DNA of 53,948 bases from Holophagae bacterium (GCA_003105185.1 PQAJ01000138.1:1-53948), one strand, 5' to 3'; shown: positions 28,269-38,378, numbered from the stretch's first letter. A program made the numbers and translations. The notes: generated by a model from the letters alone, not told the origin.

Positions 28269-29267
28269 CTACAAATGATTGACATTCGCATCATCCGGGG
28301 ATGGCGCCGCGGGCTCCAGCATGCGCCGCACCCGGCCGCGCAGCTGGACCACCTCGAGGGAGGCGAGCCCCGCCTCGTCCTCCGGCAGCCGAGAGGTCTG
28401 GTACCTCCGGAAGGCGAGGCGGGTCAGCAGCCTGGACAGCACCACGCGCTCGGCCCGCCGCGGCCACCACTCCGACCGGATGCGGCGGCGGTAGAACGGA
28501 ATGACATCGACCACCCAGGGGGGAACCAGCTGGAGACTCGCCTCCTGTTCGAGCTGGTCACGCAGGATCCCATGCTCCCAGCGCAGGAACAGGCAGAAGG
28601 CGCCCACGTACACGCCGTAGAGGACCGGCATCGCGGCCCACACGGGCCACCGCTCGCCGCTGCCCGAGACGGTCGACAGCAGGGCGGCGTTCCAGCCGCC
28701 GTGGAAGGCCGTGCCAATGAGCAATCCCGCCAGCGTCCAGCCGATTTTGATCAGCGCTCCCCTGGACAGGTGGGCGAGCCCGACGAAGCCGCCGACGATA
28801 CCGCTCGCCAGCCCATGAACCCCGGCCGAGAACAGCGTGCGCTGCAAGACCAGGGCCGGGATCAGTGACTCGAGTCCCGACGGGACTCGGCCGAGGACGA
28901 TCAGGAGGTTCTCAGTGCAGGCGAACCCGAGCCCGGCTGCGGTGCCGTACACCAGGCCGTCGGTCGGGCTGTCGAACTCCGCCGAGTAGCGGGCAACCAT
29001 GACCACGGCAAACGCCTTGAACAGCTCCTCGACGGCGGCTGCGGCGATCGTCCCCAGTGGTCCATCGATCATCGCGGTGGCCGCACTGAAGGACATGACC
29101 GACATGACCGGCGCGACCCCCGCGCCCCATGCGAAGACGCTCGCCACCAGCACCAGTGGCTCCCGGTCGTATCGGTCCAGCCACCACAGGAACAGCACAA
29201 CCGCGACCAGTAGAGCGGTCGACACCAGCAGGCCGGTGGCCGTGGCGATGGCGATGAGCGCCGTCAC
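28269..29267 (-). CDS. PrsW-family intramembrane metalloprotease
   Basis: Polytopic membrane protein with EELFK (AAVEELFKAF), a conserved membrane-embedded His region (FHGGWN) and a cytoplasmic C-terminal tail. Confidence 0.75.
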   Translation of the reverse strand: MTALIAIATATGLLVSTALLVAVVLFLWWLDRYDREPLVLVASVFAWGAGVAPVMSVMSFSAATAMIDGPLGTIAAAAVEELFKAFAVVMVARYSAEFDSPTDGLVYGTAAGLGFACTENLLIVLGRVPSGLESLIPALVLQRTLFSAGVHGLASGIVGGFVGLAHLSRGALIKIGWTLAGLLIGTAFHGGWNAALLSTVSGSGERWPVWAAMPVLYGVYVGAFCLFLRWEHGILRDQLEQEASLQLVPPWVVDVIPFYRRRIRSEWWPRRAERVVLSRLLTRLAFRRYQTSRLPEDEAGLASLEVVQLRGRVRRMLEPAAPSPDDANVNHL

Positions 29268-30229
29268 GGCAGCACCAGATCGAGGGCGTCAATCGGGTGG
29301 GCAGCGAACCGGGCGCGTGCGGCCGCAACGTCGCGGCTGACCTGCAGCATGAGCTGTGTGGTCGACGCAAAGTGCAGCTCGTCGCGCAGTCGATCCAGGA
29401 AATAGAGGCGCACCCGCTCGCGGTAGACGTCGGCGGTAAAGTCGAGGAGGTGGCTCTCCATGGTCACCATCGAGTTCTCGTAGACGGTCGGGCGCACCCC
29501 GATGTTGGTGACCGACGGGAAGGTCCGGCCGAACGACGGGATGTGTACCGCCGTGACGTAGACGCCCTGCTTCGGCACGAGCTCGTTGTCCCAGCCGAGG
29601 TTGAGCGTCGGGAAGCCGAGCCGGCGGCCGAGACGCTTGCCCTCAAGCACCCCACCGTCGACGAAGGTGTACCGCCCCAGCAGCCCGGCAGCCAGTGCCA
29701 CGTCGCCGTCGGCCAGAGCGCGCCTGACCCGGGTCGACGACACCACCTCGCCGGCGTACTCCACGGTCGGCGCGCTCGCCGCCGTGAAACCCAACTCCCG
29801 GCCCATGTCGCGCAGCAGTTCGACGCCCCCGCCACGGTCGGCCCCGAAACGGAAGTTGGCGCCGATGTAGACCTCGCGGATCGCGAGCCGGCCGACCAGC
29901 ACGTCGCGCACGAAGTCCGCGGCAGAGAGCCGCGCCAGCCGGTGGGTGAAGGGCACGACCATGGCCGTTCCAATCCCGGTCCGCTCGATGAGCTGCAGCC
30001 GCTGGGCAAGGGTGGTCACGAGCAGCGGCGCCTCGCGCGGCCTCAGCAGCTTGACCGGGTGGGGATCCAGGGTCAGAGCGGCCGCGGTCGTCTGGAGCTC
30101 CGCACCGCGCCCGGCGACGTGCCGCAGGACTGTCTGGTGGCCGATGTGAACCCCGTCGAAGTTGCCGATCGACAGCACTGAGCCGCGCGGCGGTTCGTCG
30201 TTCCCGATCGGGTCGCGATAGACGTCCAT
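29264..30229 (-). CDS. ribF: bifunctional riboflavin kinase / FMN adenylyltransferase
   Basis: SIGNFDGVHIGHQ near the N-terminus and a C-terminal riboflavin kinase domain (GFPTLNL...GVY...IGVRPT). Start trimmed to ATG 30229, just downstream of the rimO stop. Confidence 0.9.
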   Translation of the reverse strand: MDVYRDPIGNDEPPRGSVLSIGNFDGVHIGHQTVLRHVAGRGAELQTTAAALTLDPHPVKLLRPREAPLLVTTLAQRLQLIERTGIGTAMVVPFTHRLARLSAADFVRDVLVGRLAIREVYIGANFRFGADRGGGVELLRDMGRELGFTAASAPTVEYAGEVVSSTRVRRALADGDVALAAGLLGRYTFVDGGVLEGKRLGRRLGFPTLNLGWDNELVPKQGVYVTAVHIPSFGRTFPSVTNIGVRPTVYENSMVTMESHLLDFTADVYRERVRLYFLDRLRDELHFASTTQLMLQVSRDVAAARARFAAHPIDALDLVLP

Positions 30230-30236
30230 CCCGCCC

Positions 30237-31655
30237 TCACACCCGAACCGGGAGGACCACTGATGGCCTCGGCTTCGCGGCATGCGTCACCGCCACCAGG
30301 CGACCCACCACATCATAGGGATGGGCATCGGTGATCTCGACCTCGACCAGCGAGCCCGCCGGCGCGGTCCCTTCGTTGATCAAAAGCCGGCCGTCAATCT
30401 CCGGCGCCTGCCGCTGCAGGCGTCCCTCGGTCAGCAGCTCCATTTCGGGCAACCGTCCGGCGACGAGGGCCGGCAGCGTCATGCCGACGAGCGCGCGGTT
30501 GCGCTCGAGCGAGATCGCTTGTTGCACCGCCAGCAGCCTGTCCCGGCGATCTGCCTTGACCTCGTCGGGTACCGGATCGCCGAGCTCGGCGCCGGGGTTT
30601 TCCTCCTGCCACGAGTAGGAGAACACGCCGAGGTGATCGAAGCGCGCCTGCTCGACGAACTCGAGGAGCTCGTCGAACTCGCGCTCGCCCTCCCCCGGGA
30701 AGCCGACGATCATGGTCGTGCGCAGCACGATCGACGGCACCAGCGCCCGCGCGCGTGCAATGAGATCGAGGTAGCTGCGGCCGTTGCCGCCGCGCTTCAT
30801 CGCCTTGAGCACGCGGCGGCTCGAATGCTGGAGCGGAATGTCGAGGTACGCCAAGAAGCGCGGAGCGCGGGCCATGAGCTCGAACAGGCCCTCGTCGAGA
30901 GTCGCCGGGTACGCGTAGAGAAACCGGATCCAGGGCAGTGAGGTCGCATCGAGCAGCTGTTCCACCAGCCGCCGCAGGCCTGCCCGTCCCATGCCGAGAT
31001 CCTCGCCGTAGCGGGTCGTGTCCTGGGCGATCAGGATCAGCTCGCGAACGCCGTCGCCCTCGAGCCGCTGCGCCTCGGCCACCAGATCCCCCGGCGGCCG
31101 CGAGCGGAATCGACCGCGCATCGCCGGGATGTGGCAAAACGAGCACGGGTTGTCGCAGCCCTCGGCGACCTTCAGATAGGCGAAGCCGGAGGTCGACAGG
31201 AGCCGCGGGTGCTGGTGGTCGTACAGGCGCACCGCCCCGCGCTGGTCGGGCAAGTGGCCGGCCAGCTCGCCGCGCGCGGCCTCCACCACCCGCTCGAGCT
31301 CGTCCAGTCCGACGAACACGTCGATCTCCGGGATCTCCGCGGCGAGCTCCCGCGCGTAGGCCTGGGCCATGCAGCCCGCCACCACCAGCCGGCGAACCCG
31401 GCCCTTCCGCTTGCCCTCCGCCACCTCGAGGATGGCCTCGATCGACTCCCGCTTGGCGTCGTCGATGAAGCCGCAGGTGTTGACCACGACCACGTCGGCG
31501 GCGCTGCCATCCGCGGTGATCCGCACGCCCGCCCGCTGGAGATGGCCGAGCATCACCTCGCCGTCCACCAGGTTCTTGGCGCAGCCGAGGCTGATCATGC
31601 CCGCGCGGATCTCGGTGGGGGCACTGTCAGCCGGGGTTCCTGAACGCCGCTTCAC
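30237..31655 (-). CDS. rimO: ribosomal protein S12 methylthiotransferase RimO
   Basis: N-terminal SLGCAKNLVDGE, radical-SAM CDNPCSFCHIP and a C-terminal TRAM domain. Confidence 0.9.
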   Translation of the reverse strand: MKRRSGTPADSAPTEIRAGMISLGCAKNLVDGEVMLGHLQRAGVRITADGSAADVVVVNTCGFIDDAKRESIEAILEVAEGKRKGRVRRLVVAGCMAQAYARELAAEIPEIDVFVGLDELERVVEAARGELAGHLPDQRGAVRLYDHQHPRLLSTSGFAYLKVAEGCDNPCSFCHIPAMRGRFRSRPPGDLVAEAQRLEGDGVRELILIAQDTTRYGEDLGMGRAGLRRLVEQLLDATSLPWIRFLYAYPATLDEGLFELMARAPRFLAYLDIPLQHSSRRVLKAMKRGGNGRSYLDLIARARALVPSIVLRTTMIVGFPGEGEREFDELLEFVEQARFDHLGVFSYSWQEENPGAELGDPVPDEVKADRRDRLLAVQQAISLERNRALVGMTLPALVAGRLPEMELLTEGRLQRQAPEIDGRLLINEGTAPAGSLVEVEITDAHPYDVVGRLVAVTHAAKPRPSVVLPVRV

Positions 31656-31708
31656 CTGACCTCCAAGCTGGGGATTCTAACAATTCGAGAGGAGCCGCCA
31701 ACGCGTCG

Positions 31709-32833
31709 TCACAGGTCGGCGGAGCGCAGGTACTCGGCGACCGCCTCCGCGGCGCGACGGGACGCGCCCGGGTCTCCGAGCCGCCGTCGAACCTCACGCA
31801 GCGCCCGTCGCTGGACGTCCGCCCCACCCGCCGCCAGCGAACGCGTCGCGGCCACCAGCTGCGCGGGGTTCCAGGCCTCCTGCAGCAGCTCCGGCGCCGC
31901 CCGTTCGCCGGCGATAAGGTTTGCCAGTGCCACGTGCGGGACCCGGACCAGCCTTCGCGCGACCGCCGCCGAGAGCGCGCGCAGGCGATAGCCGACGATC
32001 ATCGGGACGCCGAGCAGCGCGCACTCGAGGGTGGCGGTTCCAGACGCGGTCCAGGCCAGCCCACAGGAGGCATGGGCGCGCCGCCGCTCATCGCCCGCGG
32101 CCCGCCACAGCCTCGGGTCCGGGGGGTGCGCGCCGAGGACCTCGTCGACCACGTCGGAGACCCCCGGGGCCTCAACCAGCACCGCCTCCGCGACCTCTCC
32201 CCCGCCGAGCTGGGCGAGCCCCTCGAGCATCGTCGGCAGGAGCTGCCGCACCTCCATCGCGCGCGATCCGGGCAGCAACGCGAGCCGTCGCTCGAACCGC
32301 TGGGGCGGATCATCGAGCAGCTGGTCGCGGTCGAGGTCGTCGAGCAGGGGGTGCCCGACGTAGCGGGCGCGCACGCCGTGCTCCTCGTAGAACCCCGCCT
32401 CGAAGGGGAGGATGCAAAGGACCTCACGGGCGAGCCGACGGACCGTCCGCACCCTCCCCCGCCGCCAGGCCCACAGCTGCGGCGAGACGTAGAGCACGAC
32501 CGGGATTCCGATCTTCCCGAGCCGCGCCGCCAGCCGCAGGTTGAAGTCCGGCGAGTCCACCAACACCGCGACCTGGGGCCGCCGTTGCTCGGCGGTCCGG
32601 ACCACGGAGCGCAGGATGCCGCGCAATCGCGGCAGCTCGCGGACCACTTCAACCAGGCCCATGTGCGCGAGCTCCTCGGAGCGGGCGACGCAGTCGAGCC
32701 CGGCCTGCGCGAGCCGGTCGCCGCCGACGCCGAAGGCGTCGAGCTCGGGCTCGATGTCGCGCAGGCTCGCCAGGAGGTTGCCCGCGTGGATGTCCCCCGA
32801 AACTTCACCCGCGACAATCAGAATCCGGCTCAC
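31709..32833 (-). CDS. lpxB: lipid-A-disaccharide synthase
   Basis: ORF trimmed to GTG 32833 (VSRILIVAGEVSGDIHAGNL, the LpxB N-terminus). 374 aa with GTATLE near the C-terminus. Confidence 0.9.
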   Translation of the reverse strand: MSRILIVAGEVSGDIHAGNLLASLRDIEPELDAFGVGGDRLAQAGLDCVARSEELAHMGLVEVVRELPRLRGILRSVVRTAEQRRPQVAVLVDSPDFNLRLAARLGKIGIPVVLYVSPQLWAWRRGRVRTVRRLAREVLCILPFEAGFYEEHGVRARYVGHPLLDDLDRDQLLDDPPQRFERRLALLPGSRAMEVRQLLPTMLEGLAQLGGGEVAEAVLVEAPGVSDVVDEVLGAHPPDPRLWRAAGDERRRAHASCGLAWTASGTATLECALLGVPMIVGYRLRALSAAVARRLVRVPHVALANLIAGERAAPELLQEAWNPAQLVAATRSLAAGGADVQRRALREVRRRLGDPGASRRAAEAVAEYLRSADL

Positions 32834-32940
32834 CGCACGTCCTCGGGCCCCGGCCGTCCCCGGCCCGCGCCCAGTCGTGCGAGGAGGGCCACGACCATCC
32901 CGAGTCCTGATGGCGGTCGCGCCGCCGCGTCCGCCATGGC

Positions 32941-33129
32941 TCAGGGAACTAGGTACATCAGCCATCCCAGCACGACCGAACCGACGGCCATGATCAGGAA
33001 GGCCTTGGCGAACAGGACCAGCCGGTCCCGGGACGAGCGCCGCCACAGAAAGGCGAAGAACAACGCCACGAGCAGGGCGTGCCAGATCATCAGCAGGAGG
33101 TGGTCGACCACGTCAGTCCTTCTCCCCAC
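32941..33129 (-). CDS. small hypothetical membrane protein
   Basis: Two predicted TM helices (LLLMIWHALLVALFFAFLW; FLIMAVGSVVLGWLMYLV). It lies between lpxB and the upstream membrane protein. No family recognised. Confidence 0.35.
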   Translation of the reverse strand: MGRRTDVVDHLLLMIWHALLVALFFAFLWRRSSRDRLVLFAKAFLIMAVGSVVLGWLMYLVP

Positions 33130-33568
33130 GGGCGATGTCGGATACGTCGAGCATCAGCAACAGGTTCATCAACCCGCCGGTGTAGAGGAAGGTGTTTCCG
33201 TACGTAAAACCGACCGCGATCGGATCCCCGCCGCCGTCGAGGCCGAACGGCAGGCCGCCGAGCGCGCCGGAGACGCCGTTGATCCAGACCAGCCGGGCGA
33301 GGTAGAGGAGGCCGTTGCCCAAGCACGCGAGCGTCGCCAGCCACGAGAACGGCTCGCCGGGCCGTGGCGTGCCGAGCTCGCCGTCGACCAAGACCCCGGT
33401 CAGGAACGCACAGACCACAACCGCGAAGAACACCAGCGCCCGGCGCCGCTTGCCGAGAATCCAGTGCCCGAGCCCCGGCACCAACCATGCTGCCAGGAGC
33501 AGGAGCGGTGAGGTCATCGCCCGCGGCGCCTCGGCCCCGGCGGTGCTCCGGCCGGTGTCCTTGGTCAT
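33113..33568 (-). CDS. hypothetical multi-pass membrane protein
   Basis: Start trimmed to ATG 33568, overlapping the HIT stop as ATGA. LLLLAAWLVPGLGHWILGKRRRALVFFAVVV is followed by further TM segments. Confidence 0.5.
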   Translation of the reverse strand: MTKDTGRSTAGAEAPRAMTSPLLLLAAWLVPGLGHWILGKRRRALVFFAVVVCAFLTGVLVDGELGTPRPGEPFSWLATLACLGNGLLYLARLVWINGVSGALGGLPFGLDGGGDPIAVGFTYGNTFLYTGGLMNLLLMLDVSDIARGEKD

Positions 33569-34065
33569 CGATTCTCCCCCGCTTCGAGGGCAGCCCGCAC
33601 CTTGTCGAAGGTCGTGCCCAGGTCCTCTGGGATCACGCGTGTGTCGCCGATGACCCCCATCAAGTTCGTGTCGCCGCGCCACCTCGGTACGACGTGCAGG
33701 TGAAGGTGCTCCTCGATTCCGGCGCCTGCGGCGGCGCCGACATTGAAGCCGATGTTGAAGCCGTGCGGCGCGTAGGCCCGGCGCAAGGCGCCGAGGAGGC
33801 TTCTCGCGGTGAGCATGATCTCGGCGACGGTCGCGTCATCGAGCTCCTCGAGGTCGGAAACGTGGGCGTTGGGCGCCACCATGCAGTGACCCGAGGTGTA
33901 CGGATAGAGGTTGAGGAGCACGAAGCACCGGCTGCGGCGCAGCAGGGTCAGCGTGTCCCGGTCGTGCTCCGCTGCCAGGGCCCCGCAGAAGACGCATTGG
34001 TCACGGCTTCGTCGGTCGACGGCGGTCACGTACCCGAAACGCCACGGCGCGAACAGTGTCTCCAC
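33565..34065 (-). CDS. HIT-family nucleotide hydrolase/transferase
   Basis: Histidine triad EEHLHLHVVPR, plus NLYPYTSGHCMVAP. Confidence 0.85.
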   Translation of the reverse strand: METLFAPWRFGYVTAVDRRSRDQCVFCGALAAEHDRDTLTLLRRSRCFVLLNLYPYTSGHCMVAPNAHVSDLEELDDATVAEIMLTARSLLGALRRAYAPHGFNIGFNVGAAAGAGIEEHLHLHVVPRWRGDTNLMGVIGDTRVIPEDLGTTFDKVRAALEAGENR

Positions 34066-34077
34066 TTCGAACGACCG

Positions 34078-34359
34078 CTACTGCAGCAACTCTTCGCGGA
34101 GGTGTTTGCCGGGCTTGAAGTATGGGATCTTCTTGGGAGGCACGTGCACGCGGTCGCCGGTCTTCGGGTTGCGTCCGTTGCGCTCGCCGCGCCGCCGGAT
34201 CCGAAACGAACCGAAGCCGCGCAGCTCCACCTTCTCGCCGCGGCTCAGGGCCGCGATGATGCTGTCGAGAATGACCTGGACCACCTCGTCCGCTTGCTTC
34301 CGGGGCAGGTCCGAGGACTCCGCAACCATCTCCACCAGGTCGGCCTTCGTCATCGTCAT
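34078..34359 (-). CDS. integration host factor / HU family DNA-binding protein
   Basis: ORF trimmed to ATG 34359. MTMTKADLVEMVAE...VELRGFGSFRIRRRGERNGRNPKTGDRVHVPPKKIPYFKPGK is the IHF-beta/HU signature. Confidence 0.9.
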   Translation of the reverse strand: MTMTKADLVEMVAESSDLPRKQADEVVQVILDSIIAALSRGEKVELRGFGSFRIRRRGERNGRNPKTGDRVHVPPKKIPYFKPGKHLREELLQ

Positions 34360-34414
34360 GAGGCATGCCTCCTTGGTCGATCGCAGTGCACCGATTGCGC
34401 TCCGTCGACCCGCG

Positions 34415-36247
34415 TCAGCTGTCCCTGCCCGCTTCTCCGTCCTGATCGGGATCGCCTTCCGGTTGCTCGGGGTCCTCCCCTGCCGACGAGGGCTCCCCGC
34501 CCGGCTGCGGCTCCGCGGCCGCACCCTGCTCCTCCACCAGGCCCCCGGCGCGCAGCGCCGCGGCCATCGCGGTCTCGGCAGGCTTCGAGCTGTCCACCTC
34601 CTCGCCCGCCTCAACCGCCTCCACCGCAGCCTGCGGAACGCCGTGCATCGACAAGCCGATCCGATTCTCGTTCCAATCGATGCGCAGGATTCGGCAGGCG
34701 ACGGCCTGACCGGGGTTGAACATCTCGGCGAGGGTCAGCCCGGCATCGCGATCGATCTCCGAGATGTGGCATAGCCCCTCGACGCCCGGCGCCAGCTCGA
34801 CGAAAACCCCGAAGTCGGTGATGTTGGTCGTGCGCCCGCCGACGATGTCGCCGACGCCGTGGGTGTTCGCGTACTCCTCCCACTCGTTCGGCAAGAGCTC
34901 CTTCATTGACAGCGAGATGCGCTGGTTGAGCGCGTCGATCGAGGTGATAATCGCCTCGATCTCCTGGCCCTTGCTCACCACCTCGGACGGATGGTTGATC
35001 CGCCGCGTCCACGACATGTCCGAGATGTGGACCAGACCGTCGACGCCGGGGACGATCTCCACGAAGGCCCCGAAGTCGGTCAGGTTGCGGACCACGCCCT
35101 TGATGCGGTTGCCAACGTGGTGGGTCTCCGCGACCCTCTCCCACGGGTTCGACTCGGTGGCGCGCAGCGACAGCGACAGCCGGCGCTTGTCGACGTCGAC
35201 CTCCGACACCACGACCTCGACCTCCTGATCGATCTCGAGGATCGAGCGTGGGTTCTTGACCTTCTTGGTCCACGACATCTCGCTGACGTGGATCAGGCCC
35301 TCGACGCCCTCCTCAAGGGCGACGAAGGCGCCGTAGTCGACGATGCTGACCACACGGCCCTTGACGCGCTTGCCGATCGGGTACTTCTCGGGCACGAGCA
35401 CCCACGGGTCCTCGAACCGCTGCTTGTAGCCGAGCGACACGCGCTCCCGGTCGCGATCGAACTTGAGCACCACCACCTGCACCTCATCGCCGACGTGGAA
35501 GTACTCGCTCGGGTGGCCGACGCGGCCCCACGAGATGTCGGTGATGTGCAACAGCCCGTCCAGCCCGCCGAGGTCCACGAACACGCCGTAGTCGGTGATG
35601 TTCTTGATCGTGCCGGAGGCGAGCCTGCCCTCCTCGAGCTCGGACATCGTCGCTTCCTTGATGTGGCCCTGCGCGTCCTCGAGGACCGCCTTGCGCGACA
35701 GCACGACGTTGGAGCGGCGCCGATCAAACGAGATGATCCTGGCCTCGACCTCGGTCCCGATGTAGTCCTCAAGCCGCCGGTTCGGCCGCAGGTCGACCAG
35801 CGACCCGGGGAGGAAGGCGCGGATGCCGATGTCGACCGAGAGCCCGCCTTTGACCCGCTCGATCACCTTGCCGACGACCGGCTCACCGCTCCGGTACGCC
35901 TCCTCGATGCCGCGCCAGGTCTTGAGCTTGTTCGCACGATCCCGCGACAGCCGCAGTCGGCCCTCGACCTCGTCGAGGCGCTCGACGAAGACCTCGACGT
36001 CGTCGTCCACATCCACCGTCACCTTGCCGGTTTTCGGATCCGTGAACTCGGCGACCGGGACCGACCCCTCGCACTTGAAGCCGATGTCGATCATCACCTC
36101 GTCCTGCGTCACCGCGACCACCACCCCGTGCACCACCTCGCCCTCGCGGAGTGACTGCATGGACTTCTGCATCAGCTCTTCCATCGAGAGCTGGTCGCGC
36201 TCCTCCGAATCTCTCCTTTCGTCGTTGCTGCCAAGGTCGCTGTTCAA
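34415..36247 (-). CDS. rpsA: 30S ribosomal protein S1
   Basis: 610 aa with six S1 repeats (for example GTIKNITDYGVFVDLGGLDGLLHITDISW). TTG start 7 nt after GAGGAGG. Confidence 0.95.
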   Translation of the reverse strand: MNSDLGSNDERRDSEERDQLSMEELMQKSMQSLREGEVVHGVVVAVTQDEVMIDIGFKCEGSVPVAEFTDPKTGKVTVDVDDDVEVFVERLDEVEGRLRLSRDRANKLKTWRGIEEAYRSGEPVVGKVIERVKGGLSVDIGIRAFLPGSLVDLRPNRRLEDYIGTEVEARIISFDRRRSNVVLSRKAVLEDAQGHIKEATMSELEEGRLASGTIKNITDYGVFVDLGGLDGLLHITDISWGRVGHPSEYFHVGDEVQVVVLKFDRDRERVSLGYKQRFEDPWVLVPEKYPIGKRVKGRVVSIVDYGAFVALEEGVEGLIHVSEMSWTKKVKNPRSILEIDQEVEVVVSEVDVDKRRLSLSLRATESNPWERVAETHHVGNRIKGVVRNLTDFGAFVEIVPGVDGLVHISDMSWTRRINHPSEVVSKGQEIEAIITSIDALNQRISLSMKELLPNEWEEYANTHGVGDIVGGRTTNITDFGVFVELAPGVEGLCHISEIDRDAGLTLAEMFNPGQAVACRILRIDWNENRIGLSMHGVPQAAVEAVEAGEEVDSSKPAETAMAAALRAGGLVEEQGAAAEPQPGGEPSSAGEDPEQPEGDPDQDGEAGRDS

Positions 36248-36303
36248 ACTGGATCCTCCTCGCCAAAGCCACCTCGGGTGCCCTTAGCTTCCGTGGTTTG
36301 TGT

Positions 36304-36333
36304 ACCTTACGGTGTCCCGGCCGTTGCTGTCAA
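36304..36333 (-). promoter_or_regulatory. sigma-70-type promoter upstream of rpsA (TTGACA-N18-TAAGGT)
   Basis: On the minus strand, TTGACA (36333..36328) is followed by an 18-nt spacer and TAAGGT (36309..36304), about 55 nt upstream of the rpsA start. Confidence 0.45.
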
Positions 36334-37070
36334 GCACCGGTGGCCCTGACCCTGTCGAGCTCCTCGAGCAACCGCCTCACGACGGCCTCCGGGCTCTGAC
36401 CGGTGGTGTCGATCACGATCACGCCCTCGGCCACGTGCAGCGGCGATTCCGCCCGGGTCGTGTCCTGGCGGTCGCGCTGCTGCTGCTGGCGCCTCACCTC
36501 GTCCAGGCTGGGCGCGTCCGGCGCCCCGAGATCCTGGTGGCGGCGACGCGCCCGCTCCTCCGGCGAGGCGGTCAGAAAAACCCGCAGCGCCGCGTCCGGG
36601 AACACGACGGTGGTGATGTCGCGCCCCTCCATGACGCCGCCGGACCGCAGGCCGAGCTCCCGCTGCGCGGCGACCAGGCGGCGGCGGACCGCCGGCAGCG
36701 CCGACACCGCCGACGCCATCATCGCGACCTCGGGGGAGCGGATCTCCTCGCCAACCTCCCGGCCGTCGACCAGAACCCGTAGAGCGTTCCTGCCCGGCTC
36801 GAGCCGAACCTGGTGCGAGTCGAGCAGCGCCACGACGCGCTCGCTATCGTCCGCGCCGAACGGCTGGCGGATCCCTTCCTGCAGCGCGAGCCAACCGACC
36901 GCGCGATACATGGCACCGGTGTCCAGATAGGGTACGCCGAGGCGACCTGCGAGCATGGCGGCGATCGTCGACTTGCCGGCCGCGGCCGGGCCGTCGATCG
37001 CGACGATCAGCGGCCGTTCGCGGTCACTTGCGGTCGGGTCAGGCACGTCTTCCTTTCGGCCGCCCAGCAT
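36330..37070 (-). CDS. cmk: cytidylate kinase
   Basis: IVAIDGPAAAGKSTIA P-loop, YLDTGAMYRA, and the conserved position upstream of rpsA. Confidence 0.9.
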   Translation of the reverse strand: MLGGRKEDVPDPTASDRERPLIVAIDGPAAAGKSTIAAMLAGRLGVPYLDTGAMYRAVGWLALQEGIRQPFGADDSERVVALLDSHQVRLEPGRNALRVLVDGREVGEEIRSPEVAMMASAVSALPAVRRRLVAAQRELGLRSGGVMEGRDITTVVFPDAALRVFLTASPEERARRRHQDLGAPDAPSLDEVRRQQQQRDRQDTTRAESPLHVAEGVIVIDTTGQSPEAVVRRLLEELDRVRATGA

Positions 37071-37151
37071 GGGGCGGCTATTGTAAGCGATCTCCGCGTC
37101 TCTTCGGTGCGGTCCCAGCCCGGCCGCAGGGTCGGCGGCCGGACCGGCTCC

Positions 37152-38267
37152 CTACCCGCCGTCGCCGGTGGCCCCGAAGCCGCTGGCCGGGGTCGGCGGC
37201 ACGGGCCGGCGCGCCGCCTCGTGCCGCGCGATCACCTCCACCGGTACCTCGATCAGCGGCCGCGCCGGATCCGAGGTGGCGATGCGCACGGTGGTGCGCA
37301 GCGTGCCCTGCCCGACCGTCACACCCTCGGCGAGGGTGATCCGGATCGAGTGGATCTGCTGGCTGCCGGAGCTCTCGAGCTTCGCCGCGACCAGCGCCGG
37401 ATCGGCAACCTCGATCCCGGTAACCTCGAAGGCGGATCGTCCGGCATGAGCCAACCGCACCAGCAGGCTCGCGCCGCCAGGACCCCCGTCTGCCGGCCAC
37501 AGCCGGACCGAGCTCGGGCGCGCCTCGATCGTCGCGCGGATCCTGACGATCAGGGGCACCTCCACCTTCGGCGCACGCGGATCGTTGGTGGCGACGGTGA
37601 TCAGCCCGTCGTGACTGCCAGCCACCGCCGACTCGATGGTGCCAACGAGCCACTGGTCGCCGCGCTGGGGCGTCAGCTTGCCGATTGCCGGCTCGCTGCC
37701 CTGCGCGGGCGCGAGCTCGACCCGGAGCCCGCGCTCCAGGGTCGTCCCGACCACCCGGGCCTCGAGTGGCTGGCCGTCGGCGCGCCGCAGCAGAACCCGC
37801 TCGGTGAGCGACGAACCCTCGACGGCGTTGAAGTACATGCGAAACGCGGGCATCGCCACGATCGGCGTCACCGCGTTGAACGACACGGTGAGACGAAGGC
37901 TCTCGACGCCCGGCGCATCGGTCTCCACCGTGATGCTCTTCGACAAGCGCCCACTGTGCCCGCTGTTGGTCTTGACCTTCGATGTGAGCTGTCCCGACCC
38001 ACCTGCCGGGATGACCGAGTCATACTCGGTGACGGTGCATCCTCAGGAAGGTTTTGCGCGGATGATGTGAACATCCGCGTCGCCAGCGTTGTGGAAGCGG
38101 AACACCGCCACCGCTTCGCTGCCCGCCGTCACGTCTCCGAGGTCGATCATCTCCTGTTCGACTCGGAACAGCGGGGTCGGCGCTGCTTCATCGGCGGCAA
38201 CCGCCACCGCGGCGATGACCACGAGCGCGCCGAGGACCGCGGCGGCGGTCGTCGTGAACTGCTTCAT
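37152..38267 (-). CDS. secreted DUF1573-type repeat protein with a single in-frame TGA (38043..38045): candidate selenoprotein or recent pseudogene
   Basis: ORFs 38043..38267 and 37152..37946 share one frame, which stays open between them apart from that one TGA. Signal peptide MKQFTTTAAAVLGALVVIAAVAVA. The DUF1573 pattern FRFHNAGDADVHIIRAKPS-[TGA]-GCTVTEYDSVIPAGGSGQL...SKSITVETDA puts the TGA where the family has the first Cys of SCGCT. Confidence 0.6.
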
Positions 38268-38378
38268 CGGTTCCTCCCCTGCGCGTCCGGTGGTCGTACG
38301 CCGTTGTGCACGGTCGTGCAGGGCGGTCGACGATTCACACCGGCGCGAACCGGGCGGGATTGTACACCGTCGGTCGAT

